A stretch of 63,442 bases of DNA, filler included, from Octopus bimaculoides (Eukaryota): the NCBI RefSeq assembly GCF_001194135.2. It is 7 parts of 6 records of this genome, joined end to end, with 100 filler letters (N's around TTAATTAATTAA, not from the genome) between each part and the next. Parts side by side here need not be neighbours in the genome. Positions count along the whole stretch, not along the records: positions 46,723 to 56,226 come from NC_068987.1; positions 56,327 to 60,816 come from NC_069004.1; positions 60,917 to 63,442 come from NW_026315839.1; 4 more parts are not named here. One strand, 5' to 3'. The notes below the pieces were generated by a model. The model was not told the origin of the DNA. It was given only the letters and a program-made list of their open reading frames with translations, and did not search any database. Below, piece after piece: positions 53,137-63,442 of this stretch. Both the position numbers and the translations under genes were made by a program. The stretch's first letter is position 1; each line of letters begins with the position of its first letter.

Positions 53137-54976
53137 CATATATATATATATGTCTATATATGTGCGTACGTGTGGGTCAAAATAAAAAAAGATGAGAAAC
53201 AAAACATCTAGCATCACTCGAAGAAGACACTTTAGAAAGAGAATATAAATAGATATATTTCGTAGATGTCTGTTTATATTCTCTCTCTAAATTAACTGTA
53301 TTTTTTGGGTGATGCCTATTCACTTTAAAATTTTTTTTATCTATTTCCATCCGCTCAAGGAGAAACCACTTCTAGCCGCCTTGCAGAGGCACTTTCAACA
53401 TCACAGTTTTCAGTTGCTCAAGCCAAAGTGAATACTCATAGAACATGCCTATTACATCACGTCAGTTGGCGAAAACTCCTTGTATATTCTTTCTCACACT
53501 CTGTCCATTTCTCTCCTTTCTGAGGATTCTGTGTACTCATTTTGGGAGTCTGGTACTTATCTATGTCTTTTGCCGAACCGCCAATTTACTGGGATGTAAA
53601 CAAACCAACATTGGTTGCCAAACGATTTAGGGACGAATAGAAACATGGTGAATATATTCTTTGTCAACCAATAAACCTCGACGAGATAAAATATAATTTT
53701 TGTTTCCGCTTCGAAAGGAGTTGATATGCTATACATTCTTGCACTTAAACACGTTTTCTGTGATCCTGTTATAATTCTGACTTCAAACCATATTTTGCCT
53801 GTGAATTTGTGAAGCATTTGCTTCTGCCCAGATAAGACATAAACTTGCTAAAGATATATTCTGGCAGTGCTTTTTTTTTCGTTCTTGCTCTTAAATCTAT
53901 CGTTACTGCGATTCTTCCTAAATGTTTGGCTGCTTTTATTTTCCTTCTTGCGTATGTCGTTACGCAAAAAAAATAGCAAACTTATTGTTGTACAAAAATC
54001 ATCAATACTTTGTATGCTTAAAGCAATCGTTTCCTTAGAAATACCTGAATGTGCTGTGCTCGAGCAGAAGCAATCAATGACATTAAGATACACAAGTGAA
54101 CGAATTCTGTTTAATGCTTTAATTAACAAATGCCTAGAATTGCTAATACACAACCTGTTGAATAAAAGCTGTTATAGGAAACAAATATAGCTTCGTTTTT
54201 GCATTTGATTTGCATGATTCTTGATGTGAGTTCGTGTGTTGAAGCAAATTTTGCTGTGTCTTGGATGAGTCATTACGCCAATAACAATAACACACGCACG
54301 GGTTCAATTCCATTTCTATATTATTAGTCAATTGGCTAAATATATAATCAACTCACTAATTTATCATTTGTTTGATGTGCTGGTTAAGCGATCCATCAGT
54401 TGTTTGTTAGTCACATTTCTCTCGTCGCTGTTAGTGATATTTCCAGTAACTTAGGGACTTCCTCTCTCGCTCCAAGGTCTCTCTTAAAACATAAGAAACG
54501 GAAGTAATATTAGATAAAAGTAGTCACGCGTGTAACATAATTTGAATGTTCATTGTCTATCAGTGGCGGCAGATTTCGCTTTAACATGTAGCTGGTTGTG
54601 AGCACATGCTACTGACGAAGCGCAATGATGCAGAAATGCGCACCTAGCATTCTCACCAATCGCTACCCGTATGATTTTCCTCTACCTCTGATATAGATTG
54701 GAGTTTTAAACACTGTACATCCGAACAAATACGTGGCAAATTTGCTTCTCGCAATGTAGGCATGACTGTGTAGTAAGAAGTTTGCTTCCTAACCACATGG
54801 TTCCGGGTTCAGTCCTACTATGTTGCACCTTGGGCAAGTATCTTCTGCTTGAGCATTTCATGTATATATATGAAATGATAGATAATAATATTAAGGAAAA
54901 AATTCCAAATTTACAGGGAAAAATTCAATGTAGATGAATTTTCATGGATGAATTAAATAATTGTGGTTTTTTCTCT

Positions 54977-55008
<32 letters not shown>

Positions 55009-55498
55009 NNNNNNNNNNNNNNNNNNNNNNNNNNNNNNNNNNNNNNNNNNNNNNNNNNNNNNNNNNNNNNNNNNNNNNNNNNNNNNNNNNNNNNNNNNNN
55101 NNNNNNNNNNNNNNNNNNNNNNNNNNNNNNNNNNNNNNNNNNNNNNNNNNNNNNNNNNNNNNNNNNNNNNNNNNNNNNNNNNNNNNNNNNNNNNNNNNNN
55201 NNNNNNNNNNNNNNNNNNNNNNNNNNNNNNNNNNNNNNNNNNNNNNNNNNNNNNNNNNNNNNNNNNNNNNNNNNNNNNNNNNNNNNNNNNNNNNNNNNNN
55301 NNNNNNNNNNNNNNNNNNNNNNNNNNNNNNNNNNNNNNNNNNNNNNNNNNNNNNNNNNNNNNNNNNNNNNNNNNNNNNNNNNNNNNNNNNNNNNNNGGGT
55401 GAATTCGTTCGACTAAAATTTTCTAGGCGGTGCTGCAGCATGGTCGCAGTCTAATGACTGAAGCAAGCGAAAAATAAAAGATATGCATACATATATAC

Positions 55499-55587
<89 letters not shown>

Positions 55588-55717
55588 CACATACACAATC
55601 ACACATATATAAATAAATATGTATACACGCACATATAATCTACGCATGCACACTCATATACATTATCTATCTATTTATCTATCTATCTATCTGTCTGTCT
55701 ATCTGTCTGTCTGTCTA

Positions 55718-55757
<40 letters not shown>

Positions 55758-56869
55758 TATATCTATAGATATGTATAAAGGTTATGGCACGATTTTAGTA
55801 GGTGAGGTCATTTCGTTCCTAAACTTTTAGAGTTAATGGTCAGTTTTATCTAAGTGTCAGTTGGAAATTCAACTAATGCTATCACTTAGTAATATTGATG
55901 TGTAATGCCAAACATACCAAGATGTGGAACACTGAAATATATTTCCTGATCTTTAAAGGTTGCAGTCCAACTCACGGCATTTCAGTCCACATCAATCACT
56001 CGATAATGTTTAAAATGGGATTGATATCTTCTTAGCTTATCATCACAACAGATCATCACCTGGTCGACGAACAGTCATTTTGGCAGAGATTCGGTTAAAA
56101 CGCACTCAGCACGACATCTAATTCGGCATAAATTATGGCAGATATTAAAATACGAACGTCCAAATATGAATGCAATTGAGAATTAAAAAAAAAATTATAA
56201 TTGTATATATATATATATATATATATNNNNNNNNNNNNNNNNNNNNNNNNNNNNNNNNNNNNNNNNNNNNTTAATTAATTAANNNNNNNNNNNNNNNNNN
56301 NNNNNNNNNNNNNNNNNNNNNNNNNNGGGCTTCAGTGGTAAGTAATGAGTACTGAAGTTCTTAAACAGAGAATGACCACAGAAAGCTAGCAATGTTTTAC
56401 CTGCAATGCAGGATTGAACTTGTTGCTTCTGTTATCAAATTCAAAGTTTGTGTCTACAGGATCATGATGACATAAAGCATTCTTGCTACAAAACCTTATA
56501 TTGGATTTCTTTGTATTGCTAATGGACGCAAGTTTGTTATGTGTGTAATATATTTTAAGTGTATAAATATATATGTATGTGCTGATGGTGTGTGACATAT
56601 ATATCTTTTATCTTCTATATTTTACTTGTTTCAGTCATTAGACTGTGGCCATGCTGGGACACTGCCTTGAAGAAGCTTTTAGTTGAACAAATCAACCCCA
56701 GTATTTGTTTATTTTTAAGCCTGGTATTTATTCTTTTGGTTTCTTTCTTTTATACTTACTAATGATGGCTCAAAGCTTCCTAACATCCTATACCTAGATC
56801 CTTAGATCTTACAATTATATATTATTATTATTTTTTCTGACTCCTATGAACACTATCAGTATGGAAGAC

Positions 56870-57725
56870 ATTGGAATGGAAAAAATAAAGCCAAACCTGT
56901 CACTAAAGGATATCCCACTAACGAATAAAACTAAATATATGAATCTCATGATTCACAGTACCAACGAACTGGTTCACCAAATGTGGAAAGCCTTCTTTCT
57001 CTCTCAACAATCCCACAGCCAACTCCTAAAACCTGATTCATCAAGCCTTCTTTCTTGATTTTAGATCCCATAAAACCGAAATCTGGATAATTTTGAACAA
57101 GGCCTAACTAATCTGATTAAAAATATCAAATTTAAACCCAGAAAAAGAGCTCTCAACCCCACCTAATTAAGATCAACCATATAATCAAGAATCTTCAAAA
57201 ATATCCAGCAATCCTCGTACACACACAGACAAAACTGGCAACCTATAAAACGTACCATTGGATACATTCTGGGAATTGATACTTGAACAGCTGCACAAAG
57301 GCTACCATATTGTACTGGACTGTGTCCTGAGAGATATCAATCTCAAGACTCAAGATCTTGTCTTTAAATTCTGCTTAGAAGATAGAACTGAAGCTTCCAT
57401 ACCTCAACAACTGCACTGAATATCAACTTAAAGGACCATAAGAAAATTTTTCTGCAAACCCTTTTGTTCACCTCATCTGCCCCTCAAGCTCTGATACAAG
57501 TAGGATTAGTAAAGTTATATTAAATAGAATTCTACCCCTCCTTTGTTCTAAGATTACACTAAACCTCTGGATTAACACCACTGAAGCCATCCAATGGTTT
57601 AAGTCCTTAAGCTCCAAAGATAAATACGAATTCAGTCAAGTAGCTATAGATCAGTATTATTCCAGCATATCTCCTATCCATATTAACAAAGCTCTCATAT
57701 TGGCACTAAAATATTCTACCAACAA
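56870..57725 (+). mobile_element. Decayed Penelope-like RT fragment (Naiad-like motifs)
   Basis: DKTGNL, LKDH, NPFVHLICPSSSDTSRISKVILNRI and LWINTTEAIQWFKSL...IDQYYSSIS resemble the DKTxNxY / NPxCRLINP / WxNTxxVIxWF / FDIxxFYPSI series of this PLE group. The clade assignment is from memory. Confidence 0.6.
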
Positions 57726-60292
57726 TTTTATTTCTTCATGCAGATGTTTTTCTATTTTGTTTTTTCACTTCATTCTTCTGGTTTTGTGACTCACTTTAAA
57801 TTACATCCCTGGAAAGTTAACTTGGGATCCCTTGATGATAATGTAACTTTCATTTAACTATGGTATCTTCTGCCTGATGAATATCCAGTGGAGTACCCCT
57901 CGTTGAGTAATCATTACTTCCAAGGTTCTGCTAGCTAGGAAACGTATATAGTTTGAATCTTTATTTGCATTCGTAACAACCCTAATTGTTAACTGTGAAC
58001 TATATAAAAGAACTTTTTTCAGCTTATCAAACTTCGATATGGGAATAAACTTCTATTGGCATAGAATAAACTTCTATGCCAATAAACTACTATTGTTCCT
58101 GAAAGTTGTTTTTATACCTACTACGGACTGCTTGAAGCTTACTAACTTCCAACACCTAGATCCTTGGCTTTTACGATTAGATGTCATATATACATACACA
58201 CACGTGCGCGCACGCACACACACACACACACACAAAGGTCTGAAGGAATATTTAATATTAAATATTTCTGCAGATCTACTACCTACCAAGCCTTCACAAA
58301 AGTAAAAGAGAGAGAGACAGAAAAAAGGAAGATGTCCCACATATTTGAAAACTATGAAAATATTTTAAAAACACATTTCATTTCATTTTTCCACAATTTA
58401 ATTGTTTTCCATGCTTTACTTGAAAAAGTCGTGAAGACTTAAGCCAGTACTAAAATGTTCTTCGTGATGAAATTATTTTAGCATTTTCTACCTTGTCCTA
58501 TTTTCCTTATATATATATAGACATATATATGTATATATGACAGGTGGCAGCAGATATGGTAATTTTACACCTTTTTTCCACAAGAGAGAATTTTTCTCCA
58601 CTGTAACTGCAGGGAATTTGCCTTTAGCAGTTGAAATATGTCACAAACATATTTTAATGAAGCAAAAGTTTGCATACACACACACACACACACACACGAG
58701 CTCAGCATTACCCTGCAGCTTGCCAGAACCTGTTAAATCACCCAACCCATACCAGCCTGGAAAACAGATGTCAAATGATGATGGTGATGATGATGATGAT
58801 GATGATGTATAAAACAATGGATTCAGCTGACTGCATTTATCAGAATAGGAATCTTTAGAGAACATCAGCAAACAAACAGGTTGGCCATATCCTGTTGTCC
58901 TATAGGGTGCAAATACACTTACCTCTGAATTGCCTAATCCACCTGGATCCTACCAAGTGTTAATAAATTTCGTGATAGCAGACATAAAATCAACCATATG
59001 AAAACTGTTGTAGGTACCTATATTAAAAGACTTTTGTTAACTTCCATTTATAGGTTTATTCCACCATCTCCAGGAGAGCAAAATCTTATGTGTCCCTGAT
59101 TGTTGGTTTAATCCAAGAGAAGAAAACGCTGTCTCTAAACTGCTCTAAACTTTTCATTTAATGTTGTGAAAAACCTGACTAGAGCAGAGAGATGAGGACA
59201 AGAATGAGGATATGGGCTTGTAACAGAGTTAAACTTCAGTGCCTAACACAGAATATATTCAGAACAATAGGCAGGTAAAGAGGTAGAGGTGGTTGGAAGA
59301 AGCCAAGAGAAGGTGGCTGTAGGGAGAGTTTACTCATGAGGGAAGTAGGGAGGTGGGTGTTTACTGAATTAGCAGGTGGGTGGCAGTGGTAGACGTTGTG
59401 TTGGTGGTGATGGTAGTGGCAGAGGTAAAGGAGATAGTAATTTTCTGTTGACAAAACTCATAAACAAACAGCTGTGGGGTGTGGAAAGGAGCTGGTGGGG
59501 TTGGTGAGATATCTTTCTCAAAGGACATGTAGGTACTTAAGTAGCTCTAAGGTGAAAAGATCTTATCTCTCCAGTCATCCAAGGCCTTGCAAACTTGATA
59601 TATACCATATACCACCCCATTGTATCCACCCTGACAATCATACCAGCTATGAGTTGCTATTTTTAAAAATCACACACATATATAGATGTACACACACACA
59701 GACACATGTACATACATTCATACTTACACACATACAAATATATGCATATACACACATATACATACCCATGCATAGAAGCATACATAATACATTCCCACAC
59801 ACATACATATACATAATACACTAATTAATACACACATGGACACATTCACACCCCGCCCACACACAAATGTATACAATGAATGAATCAATGAATGAATGGT
59901 TGAGAAAGACTTGCTTATTCACTATTTTCATGTTATGTATATTTTCTTTTCTTTTATATGATTTCAATGAATGTTGTTCTGTTTCAACCTCCCACCTCTA
60001 CACTATCTCAACTGCACCACTCCAGATATGTGACTACTCCAGCATTAGGGAAGTTAATTCAAGGTTTTACTTCATGAGAAAAGAGGCTTGTATACTGTGA
60101 TCATTGAAGGTACAGTACTAGTGTCTTTGAGTTTGTTTTCTAACAGACTGCTGCTGCTGCTGCTGTAGCTTGTTAGAAAGCCACATCATCATCCTTACAC
60201 CACCACCACACAAATACCATCTTAACCACCAACGCCACTACTATCACCTTCCACCTCCACCCCCTTTGTTGTCATTATCATCATCACCACCA

Positions 60293-60382
60293 CACAACGC
60301 CATATGCCCACGGGCATATGGCATAGTGGTTAAGAGTGCGGGCTACTAACCCCAAGGTTCCAAGTTCGATTCCAAGCAATGA

Positions 60383-60426
<44 letters not shown>

Positions 60427-60570
60427 TCAAAAAATACTTTAGGAATGAGAACCCAGGTTCGAAATTTTCCCAAGACACCTGATGAGGGCTGGAGGGTATA
60501 TCAACTGAAACGTTGTGTTAACAACAAACAAGATGAGGACAAATATCTGTTAAATGTAAATAATGTAGAA
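60293..60570 (+). mobile_element. Composite SINE-like element: 5' palindrome + tRNA-like head + (AAT)n + hammerhead-like tail
   Basis: GCCATATGCCC-AC-GGGCATATGGC palindrome; A box TGGCATAGTGG; B box GTTCGATTC; CTGATGA...GAAACGTT motif. Confidence 0.7.
60474..60519 (+). ncRNA. Minimal (PLE-type) hammerhead ribozyme motif
   Basis: GACAC-CTGATGA-G-GGCTG(10 nt)CAACT-GAAA-CG-T-T-GTGTT. The core is intact, stem I is 5 bp, stem II has one mismatch, and palindromic AACGTT replaces stem III. Confidence 0.6.
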
Positions 60571-63045
60571 AGAAATGTAGTTTTATTTTCATTTATACAT
60601 GTACTCATGTGTGTATGTATATGCATATATAGGCACAGGTGTGGTTGTGTGATAAGAAGCTTGATTCCCAACCACATGGTATGGGGTTCAGTCCCAGTGT
60701 GACACCTTGGGAAAGTGTCTTCTACTGCAGTCTTGGACCGACCAAAGCTTTGTGGGTGGATTTCGTAGATGGAAACTGAAAGAAGCATGTTGTATACGTG
60801 TGTGTGTGTGTGTGTGNNNNNNNNNNNNNNNNNNNNNNNNNNNNNNNNNNNNNNNNNNNNTTAATTAATTAANNNNNNNNNNNNNNNNNNNNNNNNNNNN
60901 NNNNNNNNNNNNNNNNACTGTTTAATAAAATTATTAATTTAAATATTCTACCATTTTGCAAATAACATTCCGTTTTACTTCTACCTTTTCTTTGATTTGC
61001 ACTCAGTGGTTATTTGATTTACGACAAGAAAATACACACACTTTTGCTGCAATACCGACTGCAATCATCTAATTTTTAAACATATATTTTTAAAGAATTA
61101 TAATACACCAGCAAAGACACTCGGCGTTGCTCGGGATTAAAATGACATACTTTTTAATTGATGACAATGTTCATATAATATCATCAAAATAAATTACTTT
61201 ATAAATTTTGATTTTGGTGCTAATCAATATGTTAATAATTATAGTTGAACGGTAGAGTCGATTAAATTTAGCAACAAATACAGTTGAATAGTCCTATCAA
61301 ACTCTAGTAATATGAATGACTGAAATTGTTCAGTTTAGCATTCATATGGAAACAGACGAAATAAATAATTTACCCGGTATATTGGTTAGCTCAACACACT
61401 TCATTAGCAAATAATTTGCACCGAATTTTGATGAACATAAACGTGGAAAACGTTAAAATATTTCTTTACCGTTACTGAAATTGTCTTGTTACTGGGATCG
61501 AGGAATGAATTTCTGATTCTAGTTTACTGACGTACATAACAAGAAATCAATTTAAATAAATATATACGATAGGATATGATTCATTGAAGAGTTCGTAATT
61601 ATGTCTAACATAGGCACAAAACCTAAAATTTGAGGCGGATGACTTGTGGTATGTTACACTGACCGCTAGAACAAACACTGCGAGTTATTTTCAAAATTCT
61701 AATGTTTCTGTCTATCGGACGAACTGGCAGAGGAAATCATAATATGTGAATATGTGTGAAGTTTTCTTCCGTAGTTTCTGTGAAAGTAACAAATAATATT
61801 ACACATTATTATTTGTAGTCTATTTAATGATGTTCCCTCCCTCTCTTAATAACAATTAATGTTATAACTCAATATTCTATGAAACTATCAAAACAGAGAA
61901 AAAAGAATAATTAGAAATATAATTATAGCAGTAAATGGTTGTTGTTTTTTGATAACATTTATATTCCACATTAGTCATGAGCAACTGGACTCTCCTTTCC
62001 TTGGCCCTTCAGTATGTGATCTTGTACTTTAAGATTGTCAAATATAATGCTTTTCGAGACATCAGTGTTGTTCGACTGGCTAGANNNNNNNNNNNNNNNN
62101 NNNNNNNNNNNNNNNNNNNNNNNNNNNNNNNNNNNNNNNNNNNNNNNNNNNNNNNNNNNNNNNNNNNNNNNNNNNNNNNNNNNNNNNNNNNNNNNNNNNN
62201 NNNNNNNNNNNNNNNNNNNNNNNNNNNNNNNNNNNNNNNNNNNNNNNNNNNNNNNNNNNNNNNNNNNNNNNNNNNNNNNNNNNNNNNNNNNNNNNNNNNN
62301 NNNNNNNNNNNNNNNNNNNNNNNNNNNNNNNNNNNNNNNNNNNNNNNNNNNNNNNNNNNNNNNNNNNNNNNNNNNNNNNNNNNNNNNNNNNNNNNNNNNN
62401 NNNNNNNNNNNNNNNNNNNNNNNNNNNNNNNNNNNNNNNNNNNNNNNNNNNNNNNNNNNNNNNNNNNNNNNNNNNNNNNNNNNNNNNNNNNNNNNNNNNN
62501 NNNNNNNNNNNNNNNNNNNNNNNNNNNNNNNNNNNNNNNNNNNNNNNNNNNNNNNNNNNNNNNNNNNNNNNNNNNNNNNNNNNNNNNNNNNNNNNNNNNN
62601 NNNNNNNNNNNNNNNNNNNNNNNNNNNNNNNNNNNNNNNNNNNNNNNNNNNNNNNNNNNNNNNNNNNNNNNNNNNNNNNNNNNNNNNNNNNNNNNNNNNN
62701 NNNNNNNNNNNNNNNNNNNNNNNNNNNNNNNNNNNNNNNNNNNNNNNNNNNNNNNNNNNNNNNNNNNNNNNNNNNNNNNNNNNNNNNNNNNNNNNNNNNN
62801 NNNNNNNNNNNNNNNNNNNNNNNNNNNNNNNNNNNNNNNNNNNNNNNNNNNNNNNNNNNNNNNNNNNNNNNNNNNNNNNNNNNNNNNNNNNNNNNNNNNN
62901 NNNNNNNNNNNNNNNNNNNNNNNNNNNNNNNNNNNNNNNNNNNNNNNNNNNNNNNNNNNNNNNNNNNNNNNNNNNNNNNNNNNNNNNNNNNNNNNNNNNN
63001 NNNNNNNNNNNNNNNNNNNNNNNNNNNNNNNNNNNNNNNAATTGA

Positions 63046-63442
63046 AAAGAATTGCTCGTATCATGATGATTCAGAGCGGTCTCAAAATGCCGATTTCATA
63101 ACTTCTGATCTAATCTCTGTGGGTAATGTAAAGGCGTAAAGGCGTTACATAGACATCATGAAAACGGGGTTACCCCAAAATGTGATAGTCTTTGGGTGTT
63201 TCCAGTAAGGGTGACCTGATGCCCGCTACAACTTTCAACAGTGCCTAAGACACAATTCACGCGCCAATGTCAAACTGCTGGAGAGTGTGTCATACCTTGG
63301 CTGAAGAGGGTTCTCTTGGAAAGCCATATGTGTGGCAGCAGGATTCGTCTCCTTGCTATATATCCTGAAAAATTTAAAGTGGTTGTCGAAGAATATCTAC
63401 GACTTCATCATCCCTAATTTCTGGGGTCCTAATTTCCCCAAT
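63046..63442 (+). mobile_element. maT-like transposase relic, runs off the window end
   Basis: VKLLE...PWLKRV...KPYVWQQDSSPC...PNFWGPN, frameshifted. Confidence 0.72.

Noticed and set aside
57863-57935. CTGATGA ... GAAACGTA next to the PLE RT relic
   Set aside because: The spacing is long and there is no convincing stem I or closing stem II, so it is not called a hammerhead.
58923-59017. Frame reading FHMVDFMSAI, faintly like FBXO32 FNRLDFSTAI
   Set aside because: All three frames from the upstream acceptor hit stops before the donor, and the similarity is too short.
60312-60384. Possible tRNA gene
   Set aside because: A and B boxes are present but the acceptor, anticodon and T stems do not pair properly. 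It is a SINE head.

Overview
This is an AT-rich, microsatellite- and transposon-dense animal genomic window with no prokaryotic features, rRNA, true tRNA or CRISPR. The SINE families and repeat load look cephalopod/octopus-like (inference). It is a draft scaffold with many N gaps, and six artificial 100-nt joins (N44-TTAATTAATTAA-N44) cut it into separately assembled pieces. Host coding content is small and all on the minus strand. There are three spliced 3' exons of an FBXO25/FBXO32 (atrogin-1) family F-box gene (13289-13030, 3343-3271, 2049-1957) and one isolated anoctamin/TMEM16 exon (17981-17874) on a different piece. Almost all other ORFs in the track are microsatellite or gap artefacts. 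Mobile DNA includes R4/Dong-type RLE LINEs sitting in (AAT)n, RTE 3' ends, decayed Penelope-like (PLE) RT and GIY-YIG fragments, Tc1/mariner/maT relics, at least three SINE families, a HINE/DINE-1-like element and foldback MITE-like palindromes. The best lead is at about 60.3-60.6 kb. It is a composite non-autonomous element with a 5' palindrome, a tRNA-like Pol III head, an (AAT)n spacer and a minimal PLE-type hammerhead-ribozyme motif, i.e. a candidate ribozyme-bearing, PLE-mobilised SINE. Further hammerhead-like motifs lie at 24.8, 26.1 and 46.0 kb.
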